Source of the DNA: Octopus bimaculoides
Lineage: Eukaryota
DNA length: 64,000 nucleotides
Direction of reading: 5' to 3'
NCBI RefSeq assembly: GCF_001194135.2
Contig: NC_068984.1
Location: 121,955,205 to 122,019,204, forward strand
The notes beneath the pieces are model-generated. The model had not been told where the DNA came from, ran no database searches, and saw only the letters and a list, made by a program, of their open reading frames with translations. Below are positions 48,785 to 62,257 of this stretch, one piece after another. The position numbers and the translations under genes were made by a program. The stretch's first letter is position 1, and each line of letters opens with the position of its first letter.

Positions 48785-51700
48785 GTGCAAGTATGGCATA
48801 GGCACACCTGTGACCCTATAGGTGCAGGCATGGCTGTGTGGTAAGAAGTGTGCTTTCTAACTACATGGTACTTTATCTTCTACTATAGCTCCAAAGCCTT
48901 GAAAGTGTATTTGGTACAGGGAAACTGAAAGCCCTTACCAGTTTCCAAGCAAGGTAATATTTCCATGTGGTTAGGCACGTTTCTGCAGAATATTGGAAAG
49001 GAATGACATTCATTTACGACAATCACGAGATGTCAAAGCAAGGAGACACAAACATCCACACACACACACACACACACATGTGATGAGCTTCTTTCAGTTT
49101 CCATCTACCATATTCACTCACAAGACTTTGGTCAACCCATGGTCATAATAGAAGACACCCACAGTGTCATGCAATGAGACTGAGCCGGAAATCACATGGT
49201 TGGAAAGCAACACACACACACAAATCATCCTCATCATCATTTCACGTCTGCTTTCTATGCTGGCATGGGTTAGACAGTTTGATTGGAACTGGCAAGCTGG
49301 AGAGCTGCACCAGGTTGCAGTCTGATTTGGCATGATTTCTATGGCTGAATGCCTTTCCTAATGCCGACCACTCCAAGAGTTTAATGGGTGCTTTTTATGT
49401 GCCACCAGTACGGGTGCCATTTACATGACACCAGCAATAGCCACGACTACGATTTCATGGGTGCCATTTACATGACACCGGCAACAGCCATGAATATGGT
49501 TTCACTTGGCCTGACAAGTCTTCTATATGTTTTATATTATATTTTCTATTTTGGTCTTTGGGATTAAGCTGACCCTTTGCTCACAGGCTGTAGAATATCC
49601 ACAAAATTCAGTTTTAAGTTGACTGCATTACAGATGTGTATAGAACCACTTATATAGTCACATATCAGCTGAACTACAAAGCGTTTTAAATGTGTGCACA
49701 CACTCAGTGACAAGAAACAGATTTTCACAATGTTAGGGATATCATTTTGCTTAATGTACAAAAAGAGGTTATCTATCTAGATAGTACAGCCAATTTATTC
49801 ATATTAGGTGCGTACTAAAGTAGGTAGATAGTAAATAAACAATATAAATGAATACTTGAAGAGCACTAGAGTAACAGTATAAACAGTACAGTTAAGTTGT
49901 TGATTAACCCAGTTATCACAGCTTGATTTTCTGACCTACAGCATAAATCTAGTTGATTGATCATTCTGGAATGACTCATAGATATACAAGCCAACAAGGA
50001 AATCTTTACATGGCTGCTCAACCTGCAAGTAAAAGCAACCACATTTCCCCCCAAATTCTACCCTATCATCTTGAAACAGAAAGAACACCTTAAACAACAT
50101 AGTCTTAGATATTCAATAAGGATGATGATGATGACGATCATCATCATCATCATCATTGTCATCATCACCATCAACACCACCACCACCCATAACATCATCA
50201 TTATTATCATTGTTTTAACACACACTTTTCCATGCTTACATGGGTTGGAAGGAATTTCATGAGGTAGATTTTCTATAGCGATATGTCCTTCCAGCCACCA
50301 ACCCTCACCAAACATGTTTTCATGAAAGGCTGGAATTGAAGAACACTGTTGTATGATGGTAACACTTATTTGCCATTATCACATGAGGTAATGGAAAGAA
50401 GACACCAACTCACACATTCTTGCATATATAAATATGTATGTTTGTGTGTGTGTAAGAGAGAAAGAGACAAGCTTTTTTCAACTTTCATCTAGCGAATCCA
50501 CTCACAAAGCTTTGGCTGGTCTATAGCTGCAATAGAAGACACTTGTTTAGGATGTCACACAGTAGAACTGAACTAAGAATCATGTGGTTGGGAAGCAAAC
50601 TACACCTAGGCAGGCATGTGGAAGTGCAAGCAATGATCATTATCATCATCACCATCATCAATGTCCACCTTCCATGCCACCATGGGTTGGATGGTTTGAC
50701 AGGAGCTGGCCAGGCATGAACCTGCACCAGACTTCTGCGTCTGTTTTGGCAGTGTTTTTAAGGCTAGATGCCCTTCCTAACACAAACCACCACACAGAAA
50801 TAGACTGAGAGTTTTTTTACATAGCACAAGCACAGATGAGGTCAGTTTTGGTATGGTTTTTACAGTTGGATGCCAAATGCCAACCAATGATATATTTGAA
50901 TAACAGAGGGTGGTCATGGCTGGAATGTCATTGATCATAGATTGTCTGGAATAGGGCTGACATGGGGGTAAATCAAGAATACCAACAAGTGACAGGTGTG
51001 TCACACCAGATATGTCATATTTCAGTCCAGTGTAGAACCAACACAATATCAAGTTTCATCAGGTGCACCTTGATGGTTAGGGTATCATCATCATCATCGT
51101 TTAACGTTCGCTTTCCATGCTAGCATGGGTTGGACGATTACTATGTTCCATGTAATTCAATAGACTTGAATGAAACTATATCTTTTATATCAAACTTGTT
51201 TCAGTCATTAGACTGTGGTTACGTTGAGGCATCGCCTTGAAGAATTTGTTTTTAACGAATTGTGACCCCAGTACTCATTTTTTTTAAAGCTTGGTACTTA
51301 TTCTATTTGTCTTTTTTGCCAAACCACTAAGTTTACAGGGACATAAACACACCAACACTGGTTGTCAAGCAGTGGTAGGGACAAACACACACACATGTCT
51401 ATACACACACAACGCTTCTTCCAGTTTCTGTCCACCAAATTCATTCACAAGGCTTTGGTCAGCCTGAGAGTATAGTAGAAGACATTTGCCCATGACTTGT
51501 GTAGGTTGAACTATGTAAAATGTTAGAGAAAGAAACCTTGCTGTTTCTTGTAATGCATACCAATGCATACTTCTAAAACAAAATTTTTTCAGGGGCTTTT
51601 AAAATAATATTGTGGATCTCAAATGTTCTCTTTTGTTGTGTGGGCCCCACAAAATCTTATATGGATCCTCAAGGGCCCATTTGGACCCTGGTTGAGAAAC

Positions 51701-52656
51701 ACTAGTTTAAACACTAAAGGGTTAATAATCTGAGATTGAATCTCACTAATGTTGACTGTACCACTTAACAACTCATGGAACAGTCAAACAGCAAGTAGGT
51801 CTCCAATTATAATTCCATTCCCATCAAGGATGTTTTATAAATATTATAACTACTACAATACTTGACTCATATTTCATAATATTGACTCTGGAAGGATGAA
51901 AAGCAAAGTTAACCTCAATGGGATTTGAACTCAGAATATAGAGGTTCATAACTAAATACTACAGGCATAACACAACAAATTCTGCTATTCTAAACACGTT
52001 TATTTTCTCAGCATGACAAGTACTTCTACATTTCATATATAATGATGCCGCTCTTCTCAGAAGTTCATAAAGTAGACCAAGTTACTCTGCTGTGAAGAGA
52101 GAGCAGTTCTCGTGTTACAGACAGGACCTCACCTCCCATTCGTTCTCCTCCTCCTCCTCCCAGTCGTCTTCTCTTTCTTCAGAGACTGTACTTCACTGAA
52201 CTTGTTGCTGTTTGTTCTTAAGCTTCAGTTAATTTCTGATCAAGCAGATAGACCTATCTTAAAGTAGAGACACTCCAGTCATGAGCATCCCAACATAACC
52301 TTTCTTCACATTAAACCTTCCTTCCTTCTTTTTTTAAAGATAGTTTAGCATCACATGAGCAAGATTTGGCTGTTCTTTCTAACAGATCGAATGACTACAG
52401 TGATATATATCACTGAACTGCTATATAGATATATAAATGGTAGTGCCACAGCCTCTGTCTAAAGCAAGTATGCATATGTGTAATGTGTGTATATGTTCTT
52501 CAGCTTGTTTGTCATTTGACTGCAGCCATGCTGGAGCACCACATTGAAGGGTTTTTAAAGTCAAACAAATCAACCCCATGACTTATTTTTTTAAGCCCAG
52601 TACTTATTCTTTTGGTCTATTTTGCCAAACCGTTAAGTTATGGGCTCTATGTATAT

Positions 52657-52687
<31 letters not shown>

Positions 52688-53385
52688 GATAGATAGATGC
52701 ACACACACACACCACCACCACCGTTGCCTCCACCATCAAACCCTCTAAATTTAGTGTTTTATGTTACTGTTTTCCATCACTTAACCCTCAGTTTTCTCAT
52801 ATATATTTTGAACTGAAGAGAAAAACACGAATAAAACAAACATTAGTAGGGATAAAATTTCACATCTCTACACACGTCATATATATATCACGTTTATTTC
52901 AATATTACATGCTAACACTCATACGCACACTCATACACACACACACACATAGATAATCACACAGAACTGTGAAATTAATACAGTAAACAAACTTATTTAA
53001 ATTCCCACTCTAAAAGTACAAGAACTAATAAAAATTAACACACACACACACCGCACAACTATGTGTATGTGAATGTGTGCGTTAGTGTATGTGTGCATGT
53101 GAGTGTCTGTGTCTGTGTGTGTATGTAACAAAATGTATATTCCTTGCAGCTGTTTACCATTTCTCTTGGGTGTTCAATGAGCTAAATTGTGTGTGTGTGT
53201 GTATATGTATGTATACGCAGGTGTATGGCTGGACGTATATGCAAATTCATTACGAATTCTGTATCCTACAGAGTTAAGATAGCTGTTCCAGGATATGGGT
53301 TTGAGAATGGCAGTGACTGGAAGCTTTGTTTTCAGGAAAATATAAAAGCAGCACCTAATACGATGCTAAGATTCTTACATACGCA

Positions 53386-53446
<61 letters not shown>

Positions 53447-53812
53447 TTTGTGCGTATATGGATATAAATGTACAGTGTATGTTTCATATATGTAGATATA
53501 CATATGTATATCTATGTATATATGTGTATGTATAATTTTATATGTACATATAAAATTAAATCAAAAGGCAGTGCTCCAGCATGGCCGCAGTCAAATGACT
53601 GAAACGAATAAAAGAATATGTGTGTATGTGTGTCTTTTCATCTGAAAAGACACACATACACACTTTTATTTCTTTTATTTCGCTTTTATTTTGTTTATTT
53701 ATTAATATTTTTTTTTTGCATACGTCAATCAATACATCATCACCCAGTTGTATTATCTAAATTCATGATATTGTCACAGATGAAAACCTCAACTCACTGT
53801 GTAATTATGTAA

Positions 53813-53859
<47 letters not shown>

Positions 53860-53861
<2 letters not shown>

Positions 53862-54282
53862 GTTTCAAATTTTGCCACAAGGGCAGCCACTTTGGAGAAA
53901 GGGCTGTGTCAGTTACAGGGACCCGAGTGTTCAACTAGTAATTTATCAACCCTGAAAGGATGAAAGGCAAAGTCGCCCTTGGCGGAATTTGAACTCAGAA
54001 CGTAGTGCCAGACGAAATACTGCTAAGCATTTCGCCCCGCGTGCTAACGATTCACCGCCTTATTGATAATAATATAATAGTAATTCTTTCTACTGGAATT
54101 TGGGGGAAGGAATTAAGTCGATTACATCAACTCCAGTGCATAACGGTACTTATTTAATCAACCCCGAAAGGACGAAAGGCAAAGTCGACCTCGGCGGAAT
54201 TTCAACTCAGAACGTAGTGCCAGACGAAATATCGCTTAGCATTTGGCCTGGTGTGCTAACGATTCTGCCAGCTCGCCACCTA

Positions 54283-54325
<43 letters not shown>

Positions 54326-54540
54326 GTTTCAAATTTTGCCACAAGGGCAGCAATTTTGGGGGAGGGAATGAGTCGATTACATCCACCCCAGTATTCAACT
54401 GGTACTTATTTTACTGATCCCGAAAGGATGAACGGTAAAGTCGACCTCGGCGGAATTTGAACTCAGAACGTAGCGGCGAGCGAAATACCGCTAAGCATTC
54501 CGTCCAGCGCGCTAACGGTCCTGCTAACTCGCCGCTTCTA
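53860..54540 (-). mobile_element. Three tandem family-C SINEs separated by (AAT)n
   Basis: Copies at ~53860-54060, 54085-54282 and 54322-54535 share CCCGAAAGGA.GAAAGGCAAAGTCGACCTCGGCGGAATTTGAACTCAGAACGTAG. Confidence 0.85.
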
Positions 54541-54604
54541 ATAATAATCTTCGTAAGACTTACGAATCAAAATCTCTACCAACCGATCAAAGCAAATTTG
54601 AAAA

Positions 54605-54651
54605 GACTAGGTCTTGCTGATGAGGACTAATAAGACCAAAACATATCCTAG
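54605..54651 (+). ncRNA. Degenerate hammerhead-ribozyme-like motif
   Basis: CTGATGA(54617-54623)-GGAC-TAATAA-GACC-AAAA-CATAT-C-CTAG; two substitutions restore GGAC/GTCC and GAAA. Confidence 0.4.
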
Positions 54652-54728
54652 TTTTCTCACCTTGCCAACTAATAATGAACACATTTCTCCCTCTAAATGT
54701 GAAAATTCAGTTTTCTGTTTGAGTAACT

Positions 54729-54942
54729 GGTACTACCAAAGCAGCGCGGACCCGAACGCGCAGTCACGCGTCCGCGCTAGCTAAGTCTTGAGTGGTCGAT
54801 CCTAACCCTAACCCTATCCCTAACCCTAACCAGCGTGTGCAAATGAATACGTGTTTAGGGTTAGGGTTAGGATCGACCACTCACGACTAGCTAGCGCGGA
54901 CGCGCGAATGCGCGTTCGGGTCTGCGCTGCTTTAGTAGTACC
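54729..54942. mobile_element. 214-bp fold-back MITE with 88-bp TIRs, telomeric repeats and 9-bp TSD (Merlin- or MULE-like)
   Basis: Arms 54729-54816 and 54856-54942 are ~93% complementary and start GGTAC. TSD TGAGTAACT at 54720-54728 and 54943-54951. Confidence 0.9.
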
Positions 54943-55801
54943 TGAGTAACTTTTAATTTCTTAAAAGCCTTCTCTCTTTTAGTTAAAATTCAAAAACAAT
55001 TTGCAATAGATTCTTTTTTATGTACATCTCTCAAGACATCACAGCCTACCTAAGGCACCCAAATTCATGACACTAGTCTACTTGAGTTATTTCCCTTTAA
55101 GCCCCTTTTTTTTTCTGTAAAGATGTGTGTGATGTTCCACTGGAATCAGTTTCTTAATTGCACTATAAAACGTGTATGATCTCTTAATTTTGTGTATGAA
55201 TATATTAATATACATACAAATATCACAAATAATATAACTTACGAGAAACGCTGATAATGTGAATGTATGTATACAAGGGGTTTAATTGTAATTCATACAC
55301 ATACAATATATAATATATAATTATATACGGTTATGCCCCAATTTTCTTTACGACTCATTTTTCAATATTTACTATGTGGGTCATTTTTTTTATTTTGCCT
55401 CCTATCATGTTTTGAATATTCAAATTATATTTTCATAATTTAATAATATTTGAAATACATTTACCATCTGCATGATGTGAGAATCTATAATTCGTTAAAA
55501 TATCATAACGAATCATTTCAATAATGCATACTAATTACAAAATAAAATACAGAAGTACAAAGGGACGGCCTGTGTTTTTAACACCGTATCTGCCGTAATT
55601 GCGTAGATGTTATGATCAAAAGAAATTCCAGACACGATGAAATTATTCATCTGTCCTTTTTAGGGAGAATCTAGGACTACACTGCGTTCGTCCCTATATT
55701 AGGATAATAGGGGTGTGATTTCAGAGAATTGGCTGCTATTTCTGGCAAGTAGGTAGGCGACGTACAGGCTCTCTCACTGACTTGTGGTAGAATGTACACA
55801 C

Positions 55802-55868
<67 letters not shown>

Positions 55869-57052
55869 CAGAGAGGGGGAGAGAGAGGGATAGAACATAA
55901 AAATCCTACGAAACATACTATGTTATGTGATTGTGTGTACGACGTTTTGAATTATTTCATTCATGCATAATGTAAATAGTACAACGGGCTTGTATGTAGA
56001 CTGTATGGGAAGAAAAATGTGAGTCAGTTCGCTTGACCTGCTAGAAATAGGAGTCATATCTTATCTCAGTTCACACCCTATCGTCTGTAAAACGGACAGT
56101 GGATAATGTTCTTCATATACACAATGTCTGGTGAAAAAAAAAAAGATAGGATGGTCGAAGCTGGAATGTCTATGATAGGCCAGCCTTACTTGCATCATAG
56201 CCAACTTGGAACTAAATAACTAATTCTCCCACTACCAAATAATGGTATAAATGAATATATAATTATAAACTAGTAACAAACAGCAAATTTCGTAAAATAA
56301 GACAAGTTCGTGTGCGGCAGGATGAGGTGAGGCCTGAATATATTAAACAGGGATCGTTTTTTGAAAGCATGAGGAGTGTTCTTAAGACACAAGAGTAGAA
56401 AAGTTGCAGAACATGGTATATTACTAAAAATAAACAACAAAAAAATGGAGCTTAAAGGAAACTAGAGATGATCTAAGTTCCCCTACTACCATCCCCAAAA
56501 CAAAAAGTTAATAAACATTTTTAAAAAATCAGATACGTTCGTACAGCGTGAGAGATCGGTCCTACGCTTCAATGGTTAACAATTCCATCTTATCAAATGG
56601 TATACAAAAAAATATACAACGCAAGGAAAACTTATGTAGGTTCAGTAATAAACTCAATTAGAATAAATATATAGATGATGTAACTGTAAAGTTTATATCT
56701 CTAAAAGGGAAACATTATTCAAATGAGAACGAGATACTTATTGAAGTAAAAAGAAATATCAGCATTCTGAGACTGTGCGATGCACGGAGAAGAAAGAGTG
56801 AAGAGAAAAAGGAAAAATAAAAGAAAAATTAGACAGGAAAATGAGGAGCAGACATAGACAGAAGAGGATATAGAGAGGGAAAGAGAAGGGGAGAAACAAA
56901 AAAGAAAAGGACTTCCTCAGTAGAATACTTATAGATAGCGCAAGCATGTAGAAATTGAGAAAATGCATTTGAAAATAAAAAACATAAATAAGAGATTTGT
57001 GTGAAAAACATCGCTGGATTAATACATATATCCCAGGGTATTTTCTACTAGT

Positions 57053-57116
<64 letters not shown>

Positions 57117-58369
57117 CACACACACAGCTAAGGGAACTTCTTACGCAGCTTTATTTTGCAGACATATTACTAAGAGCAACTAGTATTGTACACGTAAGCG
57201 ACATCAAACATCAATGTTGAATATTTTATTTGCCTACCTTTTATACATATTATATATATAATAATATATTATTATATATAAATATTGCGTGTGTGTAAAT
57301 TTAGGCTGCTACAAACTGAGTCCATATGTTTTATCTCTGTTTTGAAATCGTAGCCATGATTAACCATTTCTTCCTTCTACATAGAAGAGTTACTTTACTG
57401 TCTGTGATGAATTTTTTTTTAAGGGGTTCATTCAATCACTACTCTGCTTAAATAGAATAGTACACACGTGCGCATATATATTATTGAATATATATTAAGA
57501 CTTACGTGTATATTGTGATATATGCTGTGTGTATACCTCCATACATGTACACACACACACCTACTTTATATTATTTTTTGCTTGTGTGTGTATGTATCTA
57601 TGTGTATATATATCATCTTCATTTAATATCCATGTCCCATGCTGGCATGGGTTGGACGGTTTGACAAGGATCCAGTGGCTCCAAGATCTGCAGTGTGTTC
57701 CAGTGTCTGCTTTGGTATGATTTCTATAGCTGGATGCCCTTCTGCCTACTGTAACCACCAATCACCTCCTTCCTATACTTTCTCTCCTCTGTGCTGTTCT
57801 CCACCATTGAAACCTTCACCCTCATTGCCCTCACATATATACCAGGCATCTTCTATATTTCTCCATCATTTGTTATGGTCACCTCAATCCTGCCCACTCA
57901 CACAGTCCAAACCTTGTATCAGCTCACCTATTCTCACCACCTCCAATGTTCTTTGACACATCTTTGCCATCATCTCTCTCACTATCGCTCTCTTTATCGT
58001 AGTCTCTATTTCACTTTCTTTTCCAACTGAAGGTATCCATATATCTACTCTACCGCAAGACACCTATCTCTATCCCTCTATACCTTTAATTTCTCAACTG
58101 AAATAAAGCCACACCCCTTCAATGCTACTCCCTACTCCCAGTTAAAGGGCTTTTGTCTTGCAAGGTACTTGGTGATCCTGTTGGTGCTGGTGCCACATAA
58201 AAAGTACCCTGTACACTCTGTAAAGTAGTTGGCATAAGAAAAAGCATCCAACTGTAGAGACCTTGCCAAAACAGCCTGGTGTAGATCCCATGATTACTAG
58301 CTCCTGTCAAACCATTCAACTTATGCCAGCATGGAAAGTGGACATTAAATGATGATTGATGATGATGAT

Positions 58370-58730
58370 GATATATGTGTCAAATTAGCACCGTCTCAGA
58401 TGGGCTGGCCATAGGGATCACATGGGGGAAAACATGCTTCCAGTGATATTCCTGTTTGGGGGACTGAACGATGGGAAGCACCCTTGTGGATGCCCCCTGC
58501 AACCCTGCAATGCTACAAAGACCAATTGAAGGAAACTTTGAAGAGTACTGGTGTGGACCAAAATTCCTTGGAAATGATAGCCAACAGAACAGATATCAGA
58601 ACGAAATGACAACATAGGAAGGACAGTGCCACCCAACTTCATCCAGCACCTATAATTCAATGCAATTCTTACAATAGGCTGTTTAGAGCAAGAATTAGGT
58701 TTATTAGCAATCAGAAAGCCCATCATCTAC
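58370..58730 (+). mobile_element. RTE-BovB-like LINE C-terminal remnant
   Basis: Frameshifted RWAGH..HMGE..LP.ILFGGL.DGKHPCGCPLQ..KDQLKETLKSTGVD...NRLFRARIRFISNQKAH, typical of the RTE-BovB post-RT region. Confidence 0.7.
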
Positions 58731-59248
58731 AGCACAAATGATCCCTCTTCATTCCATTTTTACAATCAACATCTATCCACAGTTGCTGTCAAAATGCATA
58801 TTAAAATTGAGAATTATGGAAATATCATTTGCAGAGTTATTGTATAATGAAACATGAAAGCAGAAAGTTTTGGTATTATTTATTCTCCATTACACATGTT
58901 TCATTTGCTAATAGGAATTACGAAGATTTACATTTTAGTTAGATAGACATGTAAGGAATTTCCTATTAGAAATTTTTCAGACAGAGAAAATTTTTATAAT
59001 ATGTATGTATTATAATCTCTCCTTCTCTCTGTCTCTCACTCTTTCTTTCTGTATGTCATCATCATCATTTAATATCAAATCACCATGCTGATATGGGATG
59101 GACTGTTTGTCAGGATCCAGTGATCCACAGGGCTGTGTCATGCTCCAACACTTACTTTGGCATAGTTTCTACAGCTGGATGCTCTTCCTAAAGCCAACCA
59201 CTTTACATTGTGTACTGGGTACTTTTTATGTTACTAATATGTGGAGGA

Positions 59249-59553
59249 GCACTTCATCGGTTACGATGATGAGGGTCCCAGCTGATATGATCAATGGAAC
59301 AGCTTGTTCATGAAATTAACATGCAAGTGGCTGAGCACTCCACAGACTTGTGTACCCTTAATGTAGTTCTCAAGAATATTCAGCGTGATTCAGAGTGTGA
59401 CAAGGTTTGCCCTTTGAAATACAGATACTACTCATTTTTGCCAGCTGAGTGAACTGGAGCAACAGAAATAAAGTGTCTTGCTCAAGGACACAACACGTCA
59501 CCGGGAATTGATCATGAGTGGAATGCTCTAACGACTAAGCCACATGCCTTCAC
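59249..59553 (-). mobile_element. Family-B SINE (tail type 1)
   Basis: Collinear with 2500-2826. Confidence 0.8.
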
Positions 59554-59591
59554 TACATGTATGTATGTGTGTGTGTACAAATGTACGTATA

Positions 59592-59652
<61 letters not shown>

Positions 59653-59989
59653 ATAGTGGACTGGTTTACTGGGATAATGGTTGATCTTCTGATGGTCTCC
59701 TTTAAGTGAGACCATTCTTTCATGGTGTACATATTTTGGTAGACATATTTGCTTAGAAAAAAATTTATTTCTGCCACTTGATGCAAAATGGACTAATGTA
59801 TTACATAATCGCTGAAAAATACCATTTCTTGAAATTGGTAAGCAGTAAAAGTTGAAAACAAAATTTTAAAAATATAGGCTGTTTTTTTTTTGTAAGCCAT
59901 TTCTGAAATAGCAGCAATCTCTTCAACTGACTTAACAAAGTTTTCCTATATTTATTCAAGAGTTCAGAATGTGAGGTGGCAAAATTGCA

Positions 59990-62000
59990 TCATCCAGTAG
60001 CCCTAGAACTCTTCAATGTGAACAGGAAATAAATATGAAATCTTTGGTGGCAAATGATGCTGTCAAATTGAGATAAAAGCAGGTTATGGAAATCGTTGAA
60101 ATCCTGACATGCATAAATAGCTGTGATCAAAGCAGATCCACACAGAAGATATTGCAATGAATCAAGTCTTAATGATGAGAACCAAGATATTAATCATGGT
60201 GACTTAAGAAACAATATTGCTTCTATTCCAATTTGATATCCTTTTAACTAATCACTTATGAGATGTAAGGGATGAGACAGAAAAGTACAGTAAAGATTTT
60301 TAAAAAAACATCAAAATGATATGGAAATTCAGTATCAATATTATTCAAAACAACTGTGAACAATACATTGCTAGTCATCCAAGCCATTTATTAAGTCACA
60401 CAATATCAATGGAATTGACAATCACAAATATTTTGCACATATGGCTAATACTTAAACCAAAGCAATGAGTGACCAGAAATCTATTATTTAACATAATGGA
60501 TGTAGTAAAAGTCTATTTCTTTGCTCTGGATAAAATTACAGATTTTATTGGATATGGAGCATACCCTCAACTGGAATCTATGCTGGACTGTAGTAAATTA
60601 AAATTAGAAAACATTACAGGTGTGTTGTTTGATGAAGCTGCTAACATGAAAGGTGAATACAGTGGCATGAAGAAAGATATATAAGAATTGAACTACACAG
60701 TCTGTTTACATTTGGTGCTGTACACTTGTTCTTAATTTAACAGCAATAAATCTGGTTCAGAATATTCTGTTGGTCAAAATTTTAATAGGGTTATTACAGT
60801 CAATAGTTGCCTTCTTTTTTTAACCGTACAAAAAAATTAACATCTGGACTGGAATTGCATCAGAGTAGGTACTTGGATTGTCCAAAATGAAGCATTTGCA
60901 GAAGATTGAAGGAACCCAATGATGGGGTCTTCAAAAATGTCTAAAATATTTGGCAATTTTGAATCACCATGGCCTATATTGTTCTACCTGTCGATCACTG
61001 TCTTACATCAGATTGGCAAGTTTTAAATTGATCCCAAAATAATGTTTAGGATCAATTTACTTCTTTATAATGGTATGCCTTTGACAGTATTTTAACTAGT
61101 ATTTTCTAATTATTGTTTGTGTACAATACCCTGAGATTATCTCAAAATATTTGTAAACTGGGGGCCTGGATTATTTAGTGTCAGGAATATGGCAGAAAAT
61201 TTGAAAGAGGTTTAAAAAAATGTGAATTTTGAAAAAAATATGACATCATTAAACAAGAAATTTCATTGAAGCAGCAAATCTGATGTTTGATGATGAAGAA
61301 AGAAGTTTTGCATTAGAGTGCAGATTTTGAATTTAGGAAAAAAAAATGTATATAAGGAAGGAAAGAAACTATTGACTGATGAATCAGCAAGAATGTAAAG
61401 CTAGATGTTCCAATGGATGGAAGTGTTTCAATGCTTGACTGACCAAATCACCACAAATATCAGTGAATGATTTTCTAACAGTTGTGAACTTGTAAAACAT
61501 ACAGCATGTTTTCATCCATAAATTTTCAAAGCTACCAGAAGCACTGACAGACATCTGCAATCCTCTAGGTTTGAACAATCAAGAATTTAATAAGGAGTTG
61601 TTTCTTTTTAATCTTAAATTTCAACTTCCTGATAAAAACCTTTGAATGAAGCATTTGCAGCAAACAACTTCTTAGAATCAGAACTACAGACACTCCATAC
61701 TCCTCTAGTTATGAATTCAAGTTCATGTTGTACTTGTACAAAGTCATGTTAAATGTATCTGTTTTGCTATTTCCATATCTTGTGTAAATATTCACTGCAC
61801 ATATCTGCATGCTCACATTTTTTTTCTTAGCTTAAAATATCATTTTAACTCTTTCATTCACTCATGTTAGCTGCAAACACACAATCAGTAAGTTAAAAAT
61901 AGTAAAAACTAGTTTATGCTGAATGCTATCAAGTGAGATACCCAACACGTTTATGCTGATGAGCATGAAATCAAAAATTGCAGAAATTTCTGTGAGTGAT
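59990..62000 (+). mobile_element. Decayed hAT transposase (ZMYM1-like branch) including C-terminal dimerisation domain
   Basis: KLKLENITGVLFDEAANMKGEYSGMKKDI (consensus SFDGAANMSG.YSG) at ~60590-60684, a WC..H.LNL-like segment after it, and SC..TISKLKIVKTSLC*MLS...NTFMLMS at ~61865-61965. Confidence 0.7.
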
Positions 62001-62257
62001 ATTTTTCTGGGGGGTTTTTTGGGGTTTTTTTTGTGTGTGAAAAACTAGACCCCATTTTCTAGATAACTTGCTGTCTCAGTAATTTGTACTTTATAATACG
62101 TACAGATTGTATATTTAATGATTAGAGTTTTAATTTGCACAGCATCTATTTCATTTAACATCAATAAATAAACTATTAAGCAAATATAGCAACATGTATA
62201 CCTACTTAAAACAATTACTTTATTCCATTCCTTTGCAAAATTTTAGCAATAGGTATA

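Larger units (their letters stand above)
52800..57300. promoter_or_regulatory. CpG-retaining domain, candidate unmethylated promoter region
   Basis: SINE copies and unique DNA here keep CpGs, whereas most homologous copies elsewhere show CG>TG/CA decay. No TSS identified. Confidence 0.35.

Noticed and set aside
52050-52260. Possible exon (minus strand SEEREDDWEEEEENEWE|GTGAGG, or a plus-strand hydrophobic stretch)
   Set aside because: Driven by a (GGA)n tract; no convincing acceptor, stops nearby in all frames, and no recognisable protein.
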